Shown one piece after another: positions 52,367 to 64,000 of a stretch of DNA of 64,000 bases. Origin of the DNA: Schmidtea polychroa (lineage: Eukaryota). The translations under genes were made by a program, and so were the position numbers. Location of the stretch: positions 78,182,001 through 78,246,000 of the forward strand of contig CM097888.1 in assembly GCA_044892525.1 (NCBI GenBank). The letters run 5' to 3'. Position 1 is the first letter of the stretch; every line of letters begins with the position of its first letter. Below the pieces are notes generated by a model. That model searched no databases. It saw nothing but the letters and a program-made list of their open reading frames with translations, and was not told the origin of the DNA.

Positions 52367-55300
52367 GTAAGTCTCTCCAATGAATGTGGTATTACACACA
52401 TAATTTTCAAAATTTTTAATGCTGATATTTTTTTAATAATCATAAAAATATAATAATAATAAAATGATAAAATAATAAAATAATTTAAAAATCTAAAATG
52501 TTCCAAAAGTTTTTGTTCACAGAATCATGATATTCCACAATACATTTTTGTAGGTAGTGCACCGTATAGGAATATTTGAAGATATTGGGCGCCATGTAAG
52601 TCATTTCATGATGAGAAAAAATATATGTTTTGCGTGTTGGTTACTTGGAGTTTTTTGCATATGACCAAATATATACGTAACAAAAGTGGGCAAATTTGAA
52701 TTATTGGCTATGAGAAGTGAGGAATAGAAATTAGAAAGATTTCCAAAAAATAACATTACAAAATGAAGTAGGGATAAAATATTTACAATAGAAATGAATA
52801 GAAAATTAGAATATTCTAAGAAAATGGCGAAATCCATCATGGCTGACCAGTAGCTACTGAAAATTAAGTAAAAGACGAAGAGTTAAGAAATATATTAACA
52901 AAAAACCAACCTGAAATAACATTAGGAATTAAAATAAATAGGAATTAGTTAATAAAATTTCTAAAACAACATAGAATATTCTAGAAAACTCCCATAATTA
53001 AAAATAAATAAAATATAAAAATTAGAAAACAAAATAAATAATAAATTACGAAAAATCGTCATCAAAATTGATAAAAATTAAGATTCAAAATTAATTATTA
53101 TTGTATTATAATGGTTAATAGATTTTTGTCTTTTTGATTTAGTTCAAGGCGAAATCACTTTCAACAATAGGCAACCAATGTTATTATGAATTTTTCCGGC
53201 CCATAGGCACTTTTCAAGATATTAAAATGATATCTTCAATAGGAAGTAGCAGTTTTACTATTCTGTTCATCTGGGATAGTTTTAGTGCGCCGTTTATCGG
53301 TATACTTTCTGTGACACTTAGGATTCATCGGACTAGAGTCCAGTGGGCCGTGTGTGATGAACAATTTTCTATTTTTCATTAATATAATAGACAACACATG
53401 TAAAATTAACATCTAACCAACATTGTTTGTGGTACGGAACACCAAGAGCTCGTTCCATAATGTCCAGTGGGCTATGGGTAACGAGCATTAAAACTATTTT
53501 AGACTTAAATCTCTAACAGAATACAATAACAATATCAATGTGATACCAATCATATAAGTCAAAGTCATAGGTCAGATCATCATGCTTAAATGAATAAAAT
53601 AAGGACGGATCCTTGCCAAAATTTCAAAAATCTACTGTAACTTTACTTTCAAGGAAGCTCGAATCTAAGCGTGCTCAAATGGTACCTAACCAACATGTTT
53701 ATCAGTCATTTTCATGTCATATGATAATAAACTTGTATGTAGTTCATTCTCGGTTCCAATTCGAGTGAAAGAATTCCAAGATCGACACACACTATGGCAT
53801 AAGGGATAAGTCCTGGGAAAGCAGTTTTCCAAAGGTTCGCGTCATCACAGAAAAGTGTAAAGGGACCTAACTGAATTCGGGTACCAGATCTTCTATCGGC
53901 AGCCCGCGAAATGATTGGAATGCTCGATGATTATAGTGTACAGAGGTACACTCACTTCTCGCGAGTATTCCCATATGCGACACATTACCAACGTTGATCA
54001 CTCAGTGGGTATCGGGTGGTTAAACAAGTTATTATATCTTGGGTTGCGCCGGAAACGACACGAACTGCTAAAATGTGGATTATCTGCGACCTACAAATTG
54101 TGTACAAAGTGATTCAATTATATATGTAGAAATTAGTTGTCACTCATCATTATACGCTGAGAGTGCTCATAATGAGTAGGAAATAGATTTTATCAAATTA
54201 CCTCATCCCCACACACATATATTATTTATAATAATGATTATAAATTATTATTATAAGAACTTTTATTTCTTCCAATTTCACCACTGATTATCTTTTCCAT
54301 TGAAATCATTAAGAAGAGAGCTTCAATACTATAAATCAGTAATATATCGATGTTTGTTGATACTCACGAATTTTCGGCACTGACTTTTTCAAGTGAATTT
54401 TCAGTGGTGAAAATTGAAAAAGTTCTTATATTACAGAAATGTATAAATTACACAAATTTTAAATTTAATTTTATAAATAAATAATTTTAATAAATTAATA
54501 AATTTTTTAATAAATTAAAAGTATTTTTAATATTTATTTTTACTGATAAATAAAATTATAATGGAATTATATGACCAATATATAAAAATGTAATAATCCT
54601 CTATTGGAATTATGGCGAAATTTTAATTGGGACACCATCTGTCAAACTTGGCAGATTTTATGAAATTATTAATGAGTTTTTTTGCGACTCGTACTATATT
54701 AATTTATATTTTTTAATAAATGAGAGAAATAATTTTTTTCCTGAAAAATAATCCTCAAAATAACTTTGAAAAAATTTTATTGATTTAAACAAAATATCAT
54801 AAGTAAATATTTGTTTTAATTTTATCAGTGCCGTTGAGGAAAAAGTGGGAATTTACAACACACATTAACTGTGAATACTTGACAGTGATTGTTCCGAGCA
54901 AACCTTCTAATAATCAAAATATTCTTTGTTATAATTACCACGATCTCGCCTTACTCTGTCAAGACATAATCCATAAAATTTCGGACATAAATCATCGGTG
55001 AACAAGAGCATGTATTGAGAGAAAGGGGGTGAGGGGGGTGGAGAGCCGTAATTATAAAAATCGCTATGATGTGACATTAGTGTGTGTCTCTCAACGAGGT
55101 AGAGCAGAATTAATTATTTATTCGTATATTCTGCCTTCTCCTTTCCTTTAAAGATATTCAATATAGATAATGCAAAATAATGGTGGTGTGAATGGTGTTT
55201 TGGATAGTGTTTTATCGGCCTCATCACTTGGGAGTACAGTATGGCTTAGAGATAAGCTTCACATGATGATTCCGTTCTCTATAGCATCTCGATGCATACT

Positions 55301-57981
55301 CAACAGGATTAAATTGAGCAAACCCATTCAACCGGAAATACTCCGTCAGGCGAATTGAATAGGCAAGATAATTGTATCAGTAGATAAAGTTGAAACTCTT
55401 CTCTCTTTTTAATTTGATGAAATCTTAGTTGATTATCGTCGAACTTTTGTCGTCTATAATATGTCCATCATCGCACCGTTGAGGCAGGCTAGCGAGAGAA
55501 TGTCAGGAATAAAATTGAAAAATGAAATTAATGTTGCCCCTGTATTTTATATTAAAATTTTATCAACTAGAAATCATTTTCCAAACATTTGTTAAAACAA
55601 ATCCTAATGATTCGAAATAATCCTCTCATTTATCATTTATTTATTTGTTTTAATTTTAATTCAATTATATTTAATTCAATTCATAGAATTTTATTAAAAT
55701 TGAATTTTTTCCTATAAGTTTTTAATTAATAAATATTTAAATAAAATTTAGTAGAATTTAACAAATTTACAGAATTTTTTCAGGGAGTTTTCTAACGAAT
55801 GTTCGATTATTTTGTTTAAATGCTTTTCGAATTCTCTATTTTCTATGAAAGATTTTATTTGAATTTAATGATCTATTTTTATTTGAAAATGAAAGAAATT
55901 ATTCGATCAAAATTGAAGCACATTAAAAATTTCAAAGAAGGGTTTGGTCATTGCTTGAGATTGCAGACTTCAAAATAACACAGAGATGAAGATGATGGAG
56001 AAGTTGAAGGAATGACCATTTAATTTTAATTGAAAACGATTTACCTAAGAAGTCACCGATGCTGAAAGTATTGCACTTATCACTGGAAGACTCATGAAAG
56101 AATAAAGACAGAGAAATCGATTGAAAAACAGAAGAGATTTTCACCAAAAGTGATTTGTAGGTTTAAATTCAATAAGTGGCGACCTTTCACTTTGAAATAA
56201 TTTCCAAGAACGCCTTTTAAGTTTTAGGAGATTATTTAGCGAAGAATGCCATTCCAAATCTCATTCAAAAGAAGATTTACTGCAAATGTTGTTTGCAACA
56301 GGATCAAAGATAATCTTGAAATAACAAAATTTCGATCTGAAGAAACAAAATTTTCATTCTTTATCATTTCGTAATTTCTAGTAATTCCTTAAAATCTAGG
56401 ATAGTGTTACGCAAACCAATTCAAGTCGGTGCCCACTTGGAATCAACATTTCTAATAACCCTTTCCTAATTTTTAATAAATACTTTTAAATACAAAGTCC
56501 GTCGAATGACGGAAATATAATCATAATATGTGGAACTCACACAGACTGACACAGATAATGGCATTTTATGCATAAATTATGTGCAACAAAGACAAATATC
56601 ATGCTAAGTTAAAAGTTATATTTTCCATTAAACCTACATTATATTTATTAAAAAAATTGACTATGAATCAATAAATATATCGATATTTTTCAATACAAAT
56701 GCATCCCATACCAAAATTCTACGAGATTGCCACTGCCATATTTTTTTGACATCTTCCAACTAACTGCAAGTGCCCTCGAGTGTATTTTTAACTCCCTTTG
56801 TGTAACAGTGATTCTTTGATAAAAAATATTTTAATAAGGCATTATTTAAATAACGTCTTTGCAGTACAAATAAATTTCTGTAAAAATGTTATAGTAGATC
56901 TCAAAAAGAATAAATACATGTAAAAATATGTAAACAGAAAATCTCAACAAAAATTCCTTATTAAATGAAATGTAAGACATCCAAATTAATTTGGAAAGTT
57001 AAATTAAAAACACCTGAGGGCTAATATGGGTTGATTTTAGTTTTAAAGTAGAAAAAATTCAAAATCTTTTAGAGCAAGAAATTGATAAATATAAACATTT
57101 ATTTACCCAGGAGGACTAAATAGTTTTTTAAACTTAATCACATTTATTTAAGCTTATCAGTACAGATGCAAAGTTACAAAATAAGGGGACTATTTTATGT
57201 TTATAAGTTTTATTAAAAAAATTCAAAATTTAAACAAAAAACTTCCGCGGTAATTTGAAGTTTAAATTTAAAAATTTAAATTTGAATCAGTTTGAATAAT
57301 GTGTTTTAGTTATTCAAATATATTTTAAAAATCAAAAAAATTAGAAAAGGCATTATTTTTTAAATAAAAATATTTTTTTTTTGATTTTTTTAAAGAAAAA
57401 ATATTTATTATTAAATTTATTCCCCATTTTAATATCAAAAATTAATTAAATGAATGCCTCTTTATTAACTAGTTTTATTACAAAAATTTCTAATTAAAAT
57501 TTCTAAAGAATACATTAACTTAATGAAGCATTAAACAGATTTCCTCTGAATTTCCGGAATTTTGTGATTCTGATAAGTGCAATGCTTAATTTTATTATTT
57601 TAATGAATATTTTCACTAAAATGTGTTTTCTGTAATTCAATTAAGTTTATAATAAAGTCGAAAGATCAAAGGTTTAGAGGGCCCTTCAAAATTAGGGGTT
57701 TTCTGATTTTATTTTTAGAACTATATTGGAAAATTCATTAGACGAATTTTTCAATTTATTTTCTCTTCGTTTTTTTTCAGATGATAATAAAACAAAACAA
57801 AAATTAAAACAAGAATTAGATTGCGCAACTCAAAAATAATTGTTTTGTAAAACTAACATTAAAGCAATAATCGGTTTAGGTTAGTGGCTATTCGAACTAA
57901 CACAGATATCTCTGACTCCGCATTTTATATTTCGTGCGCGTAAGGTTAATAAATAAATAACTAATGTTTTATTAGAAATGT

Positions 57982-58097
57982 CACGACATTTTGTCCACGA
58001 CATTTTGTCCACGACATTTTGTCCAATGACATTTTGTCCACATAACATTTTGTCCACGACATTTTGTCCGTGACATTTTGTCCTGTGACATTTTGTC
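57982..58097. repeat. Minisatellite, eight units of 14-16 bp (cacgacattttgtc)
   Basis: Eight gacattttgtc-core units seen directly. They explain the spurious repetitive ORFs 57881..58108 and 57961..58182. Confidence 0.95.
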
Positions 58098-59571
58098 CTA
58101 GAACCCAATTAAACTTATATATAAAATATGCTACACAAACACGGTTACAACTAAAGAAAAGATGATCGGTTATACAAACCACCCTGAAGATTATTACTAA
58201 GTGTCAAAGCTGGCTTTAAAATGCGCCAACAGCTCGACAATGGTGAAAGGAAAAAGATGAGGGTAGAAACCATCGGACAGGCACAATCCAATAGAACAAG
58301 AGTTCTTAACGGATGAGGTGTACCTCCTCAAGTGATGAGTACATGTTTTGATTTGTTCCTTTTTTGAATATAAGTAAAAGATGGGAACAGTAAATCAACT
58401 TTTAGAGGAAGTATGAAATATAAAAAGTTAGCAACATTTGGATTCAGTAATTTGAATATGAAAAAATAGCTAAACATAATTTATTGAGTTTTAATTTGTT
58501 GATCATGGCGGAAAGCCGTCCTGGTACTTCTTTTCAACCGAAACGAAAGCCGACAGAGATCTCAAATTTTTATTAAACCTTTCATTGTAGATTCCACTAA
58601 TTTATTATATTTCTAATTTCGTTAATTTTTTTTGGGTTTATGACAATTTTTCCAGGGATTTATAATTTCAGTTTGCCTTCACATATCCTTATTTAAAAGA
58701 ACAAGAACCAACACAATTAAGTTTTAATCTAATAATCATAAATGTTTTGTTAATCCGATTTCCTAGGACTGTTGCACTGTGCATAATATATATGTTAGCC
58801 TGATTGCGTAAGTGGGTGACTTTCAAATTACATCATAAACAATGCCGATTTATTAAGGAAGATCGAAAAGAAAACTTTTAAAATGAATTTTTATAGTTAA
58901 AAAAAATTCAAAAGATTTAAAAATTATAATTTATTTTGAAATTTAAATAGATTGGGATTAGAAATAATAAATTAAATAAAAAACTATTTAATTGAATTGA
59001 ATTGGTTTGTCTAATTTTTATTGAAAATGTCGGATTATATTTCCGGATTATATTAATATTAAAATAATAAAATTGGATTAAAAATAAAAATTAAAAATAA
59101 ATTATTAATTATTTTTTAAATTTATTAATACTATAATTAAATTTATTTGTAATAAATTTATAACATCAATGATTATCATGCCACAACAAATCAGAACTCC
59201 ACAAACTCTTGTCATGATATACAGTGTATATTATACACCATTTCCAATATGAATCAGCTATAAGCAGGCAATTTGTCACAATTTTGTGGTTAATAATATT
59301 TGTTAGTGTATGAAAGGGCAATTAATAAAAAAAATGGGTGCTGAATTTTAATTTTATTGGATGTGAATAGATCTGGATGCATTTCTCTCATGGTTTTGTA
59401 TGCGGCCAATAGGCATGTGTGTATTCATAGGACAATGTTCACATTTTCCTGCTTATAATATTGAATTTTGAAATCGTATATAAATGTGTTATATGAAAAA
59501 TTACATATTATTCAAATTGATCTCGATTCATGTTTTTGAAAATTATGGTGATAATAATAATTCATACTTAC

Positions 59572-59620
59572 CTGCATTCCAAAGATGATATCACCTTTTT
59601 AAAGAAACTTTTATTTTGAC
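59572..59620 (-). CDS. Putative 49-bp internal exon of an unidentified minus-strand gene
   Basis: Consensus splice signals ttattttcag|...|gtaagtat with one open frame (QNKSFFKKVISSLEC). Confidence 0.4.
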
Positions 59621-60673
59621 CTGAAAATAAAGTTAGGTAAACTTATTATATTGATGACATTAGGGATTATTTAAAAAATTTTATATTAATCTGTACTCTG
59701 AAACGAAAGTAAAGGAAATTGAGAATGAAAACTGATATTTGATAAAGATAAAAGAATTTGCAGATAAAAAACGTCAATATTTTTAAAACTGCGTTTGAAG
59801 AGGTTTAAAACCTTTGAAAGTGTTTGGCATGAAATTCCAATAATCTCCATTAAATTGTTTGTTTTACTAGACTGTTATTCGTCATAAGGCAGTTGTATTA
59901 GAACCTGGAATAATAATTAAACTTAATATATTCAATTAAATATATTACAATTTTTTATGCTGATTTAATAAAAATTTTTATTCTAAAGATGTCAATAATG
60001 GAAATGTTGCATTATGAAAATTATGGAAGTCGCAAAAAATTCAACAAAAATTCTAAATTAGTGATTGTATTTTTTACATTATTTATACAAATAATGAGAA
60101 TCCATCAGTATAATTTATATTTTCTTATCATTTTTATAATTATATGAATTGATGTAGAATGGAATTATAAAAATGAACAAATGTTAATGTTACAAAATCC
60201 AATGAGTACTGTTAAATTTCTGAGTTGTAATTATTTGCCACCTAGTGAGTCAAATCACATTGAAAATGGTTACGGGAATACGAAATGATTTCTGTTGTGT
60301 TGGTCGACACACGTGGGACATAAAAACGAGTGTTCCATTGTATTGCTTTGTGGGAAAACGAGATCGAGCGACAGATGTTGCGGACAAAATTGAACTCTAT
60401 GCACATACTCACATTCAACCCGAGGCCTACGAGAATGAATGGCGGTGAACAGTTTACCTACATCTTTCCTTCGTCTTGATGATTGACTCGATGTATTGAT
60501 ACATGCAGCTGCTATTCTCTTAGCAAATTAAGTCTTGGTTATTCCTGTTGGTTAACTCTTTCAAACTGCAGTATTTACCATATTAATCATTTCCCTGTAA
60601 TTGTGCTCATTTATGAAACAATTCAAAGCTGACATGATGATCAAATTTCGTTTTCTATCAGTTTCATTTGTTA

Positions 60674-60723
<50 letters not shown>

Positions 60724-60840
60724 ATACAATAAAGTGATAATTTAAGCCTTTTGCTGCGAATAATGTATTTAATGAAAAAATTTTCGACTATAACAGTCCT
60801 TGTTTTAAATAATAAATGCTGCTACCAGAAATCATCACTT

Positions 60841-60884
<44 letters not shown>

Positions 60885-61007
60885 GTATAAAATGATGATT
60901 GCTTGGTAGCAGCATTTATTATTTAAAACAATAAAATGATAATTTAAGCCTTTTGCTGCAAATAATGTATTTAATGAAAGAATTTTCGACTATACGATAG
61001 TCCTTGT
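60674..61007. repeat. Composite repeat: (TTA)n, ~78-bp direct repeat, 130-bp hairpin with (TAA)n loop, direct repeat
   Basis: Direct repeats at 60726-60803 and 60928-61007. Perfect 27-bp inverted arms at 60801-60827 and 60904-60930. Confidence 0.9.
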
Positions 61008-61417
61008 CAATCTCCTGGAATTTAGCAATGTTCTTCCCCAAAATACCTTTCAATCTTTCTTTGATTTCCTTTCTCTTAATTCTCATTGGTTGTAAATATA
61101 ATGAATTGTTTTACTAAAAACTTTTAAAATTTTTTACATTTAAAATTTCAAAATGACACAAACTAAAAATTTTTAAATTTTTTTACAGCTTCTATAATTA
61201 GCTTCTAGAAGCCTAATAAAATATTTGAAAATATTTTAAATAAAGCCTCCAATAACTACTTATATATGCTATTTAAATATTTCAATAAATGTGTCAATTT
61301 TGATTTTCAAACCCTATTTTTAAAAATTTTTTTTTTTTTATATATTATTCTAATTATTACTTTTTAATTTATTCTATTTTTTTTAATTTCTTTATATATT
61401 GTCAGTTATTCTCAAAG

Positions 61418-63965
61418 TCAATGACAACAGATCAAATTCATGATTTCATTGATTTCTTCTTTAGTGTTGATCTTTGGCTGTCTGTTTATGATGAGAATTG
61501 CTTCTTTGATTCTGACATTTTTCTTTTGGATGTTTCCATTAGCTATGATTTCTATTGAAATATTTTTTCTTTCTTCTGTTGGCTGACACTGCCGGAGATG
61601 TCTGCCCAACGAGGATGTTCCACCAGGATCTAGATGTTCTTTAACTCTTTGGTGCAATGTCCTGAGGGTACTTCCAATGTAGATTTCATTGCATACATTG
61701 CACGTGATGCAATAGACGATGTTTTTTCTAAAGCACATATCTTTCGGTGTCTGGCAGTTTTTCATTGTGCAATTGTTTTCTCTATTTATGTTGCCTGCCA
61801 GAGCCCTTCTCAATGTCCAAGATTTATGTGCTATCCGAATTGGAAGACCGGTACGTTTAAGTTCTTTCAGGATCTTGAAGTCGAGTATGTCACTGATGAA
61901 TGGGATATTCAGATAGAAATATTTCTGATTTTTTTGTGTTAATTCCTTAGATCTTCTTGGGGTAGAATTCATTCTTTCAATGTCCTCACCTTGGTATCCG
62001 TTTCGGTGTAGGATTTTATTGAAATTTGATTGCTCTTTAAAGTTTTCGTTTTTCTCCGTGCATCGATTGGCTATTCTTCGTTTCTCGTTTCTTATGACAT
62101 GTACTTTCTGTAAGTATGGAAGCGCTGATCTTTGGTGCATAAATATTTCTTTGCGAGCTGGTTTTCTGTAGAACCCGTATGTTGGAGTATTTTCTTCTAT
62201 TTTGATTCTCAAATCCAATAAATTGAGGGATCCATCTTCTTCCGGATATTCGATTTCGAACTTAATATCTTGATGAGCCGCATTGAATGTATGAAATATT
62301 TCCTCCGCTTCTTTTTTGTTTTTGGTCGTGATGAAGATATCATCTACATATCTTGCATAGAAACCGATGGGTTGTATGGTCCTCAGTGTCTGTCGTTCGA
62401 GGTTATCCATAAAGATGATTGCTAGCAGTCCTGATATGCTAGAACCCATAGGCAGACCTTTAACTTGTTTATAGATATTTTGTTCAAAGGTAAAATAGGT
62501 GTTCTCGAGGATAACAGTAAGTAGTTTGGTGATATTCTCGATATTCATTTCCTTTATTAACAAGTTGCTTTCTCTTAATTTCTTTTCTAAACATTGAATA
62601 GCCTCTGTTGGTTCGATAGATGTGTATAGTGATACGACATCAAGACTAAATGGGTATTGGAATTCTCTATGACAAATCATGTTATTATTTAGTCTTGTCA
62701 TGAGGCAGTCGCTGCTTTGAAGATGGTGTGGTATCGTGTCTAATAAAGGTTTCAAGATCTTTGCAAGGAGCCAACTTGTTTTAGTTGTTGGTCCATTTTT
62801 GTTGGACACTATAGGTCTAATTTTGATACCAGGACCCTCTTTGTGAGTTTTAATTAGGTGGTAGAAGTTAGGAAGATCAGAATTTTTTGTGACGAAGCTG
62901 TTGGTTATTCTGTTGTTGAGCCTCATTTCCAAAGCTATGGCTTTCCATACTTTGTTGATCTTCATTTCGATGGTGTTTGGTGACATGCGGCTGACTTTCT
63001 TGTATGTTTCGATGTTGCCGAGGTGTTCGTAACCAGCTTCACAGTAACGATTCTTCTCTATAATGCAAAATTCTCCCCCCTTGTCACTTGGTAAGTAAAC
63101 GTACGGTTTCTTTTTAAGGGATTTTAATATTGCCTGTTCGTCTTTCGTTAGGTTTGAGAGATATGGTTTTCTTCTTTCCTTCTCAACTATCTCCATGATT
63201 TTGTGACAGACCTTTGAGAGTGTTGAATCTAATTCTGCATCAGGATTTGGTTGATAGAGTTTATCTGTGTTTATGTATACTGGGAGCTGGTTTTCGCTAT
63301 TTTCATTTTCATGCGGTATTGTATTGTTCCATTTGATCTGGTACGCAATGCGACAAAGAGCTGTTTTGAAATTGAGGATGGCTGCTTCATCTATTTCTCT
63401 GTTTATACTGAACTTTGGTCCTAGTGAAAGTAATCCTTTTTCACCTTTGGATAGACAATTTGTGAGATCGGTTACTAGTTCTTTGTTCACTGTAATGCTT
63501 TCGTTTCCGTCCAGTGTTTCATTGTTCATAACAAGGCCTGCTTTGAGCTCCTTTTTTCTCAAAAGGTGTTTGATTCTTTTGTCAAATCGCAAGGAATAAT
63601 GTGCTTCTGCTGTCATGAAGGATTGTCTTTGTACCTCGTAGATCAATTCTTTTGGGTGGTTATTCAAATACGTTTTCAAAATGTTTTCTTGATTCTTTTG
63701 TTCCCTATGAGTTTCTCCGTACATACTTCTAATTAAATTTGTTAAAATATAATCTTTGATGTTTTTATTTCTCTTGATGTTTCGATCTTTGTTGAGAATC
63801 TGAGGTAAGTGGATGTTATCAATTGTTGTTGGATAGATCTTTCTTTCCTTACATCGGCGAAGGAAATTTATTTGGCAGTATAATTTCGCAATTTTCTCGT
63901 TGATTCTAGCTAAATTCCGTATTTCCAAGTATTTTGCCCGGCTCAGGCCTTTTGAAAGTATAAAA
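61418..63965 (-). mobile_element. Penelope-like retroelement (RT plus C-terminal GIY-YIG endonuclease), open reading frame
   Basis: FLRRC, LSLGPKF, LPSDKGG, IRPIVS, DVVSLYTSI, GLPMGSSIS, YARYVDDIF, LNLLDL and YRKP motifs. GIY-YIG with CCHH: IVYCITCNVCNEIYIGST...KEH...RH. No internal stops over about 848 codons. Confidence 0.97.
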
Positions 63966-64000
63966 TGATGTCGTATCACTATACACATCTATCGAACCAA
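63966..64000 (+). mobile_element. Start of a second, 5'-truncated Penelope-like copy in opposite orientation
   Basis: 63966-64000 is the exact (35/35) reverse complement of 62608-62642 and reads DVVSLYTSIEP on the plus strand. Confidence 0.85.

Larger units (their letters stand above)
7648..56692. repeat. Abundant ~100-190 bp interspersed repeat family (at least 11 copies across this span)
   Basis: Approximate consensus ttcacttgaaaaaggcagtgccgaaaattcgtgaatatcaaaaaacatcgatatatttactgattcatagtcaagctttttaataaatacaatg...ggtgaaattgaaaaaagttcttataat. Copies at about 7648-7726, 11619-11714, 20571-20714, 22332-22478, 26053-26144, 26240-26433, 33327-33470, 33659-33738, 51961-52118, 54251-54431 and 56640-56692, in both orientations. 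Confidence 0.9.

Noticed and set aside
57881-58182. Repetitive ORFs (RTKCH.., DKMSWTKC..) and a possible CRISPR-like array
   Set aside because: The units are contiguous 14-16 bp tandem repeats without unique spacers, there are no cas genes, and the context is eukaryotic. The ORFs are translations of the minisatellite.
59563-59574. atacttacctg resembling the U1 snRNA 5' end
   Set aside because: It is the reverse complement of a splice donor (cag|gtaagtat), and no U1 body follows.
61634-63599. Plus-strand ORFs 61634..61942, 61719..61916, 61980..62171 and 63267..63599
   Set aside because: These are antisense shadows of the Penelope ORF with no independent motifs.

Overview
This is a very AT-rich eukaryotic, almost certainly animal, genomic scaffold with four N-gaps. 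It has GT-AG introns, either tiny (about 43-55 bp) or large and filled with transposons. It uses the standard genetic code: TAA, TAG and TGA all end well-supported ORFs. Family assignments come from motif recognition and my recall of reference proteins, not from database searches. Host genes: a ~30 kb multi-exon ECT2L (F-box/DUF4347/DH/PH) on the minus strand (5533-35697), single-exon KLHDC9, and a divergently transcribed three-exon Sox-like HMG-box gene that also carries an N-terminal C2H2-like finger. The ECT2L introns hold an intronless truncated AMDHD2 ORF, an actin pseudogene, orphan exons and a separate four-exon 140-aa gene model on the same strand. Mobile elements: a structurally complete piggyBac (intact transposase, CAC-type TIRs, palindromic subterminal repeats, TTAA TSD); a Penelope-like element with an open RT+GIY-YIG frame joined head-to-head to an inverted second copy at the window edge; Merlin, mariner, pogo/Tigger and Gypsy relics; at least nine MITEs (TTAA, hAT, Merlin, TA types); and an abundant ~150-bp interspersed repeat with a recurrent fold-back variant. 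No rRNA, tRNA or CRISPR array is supported.
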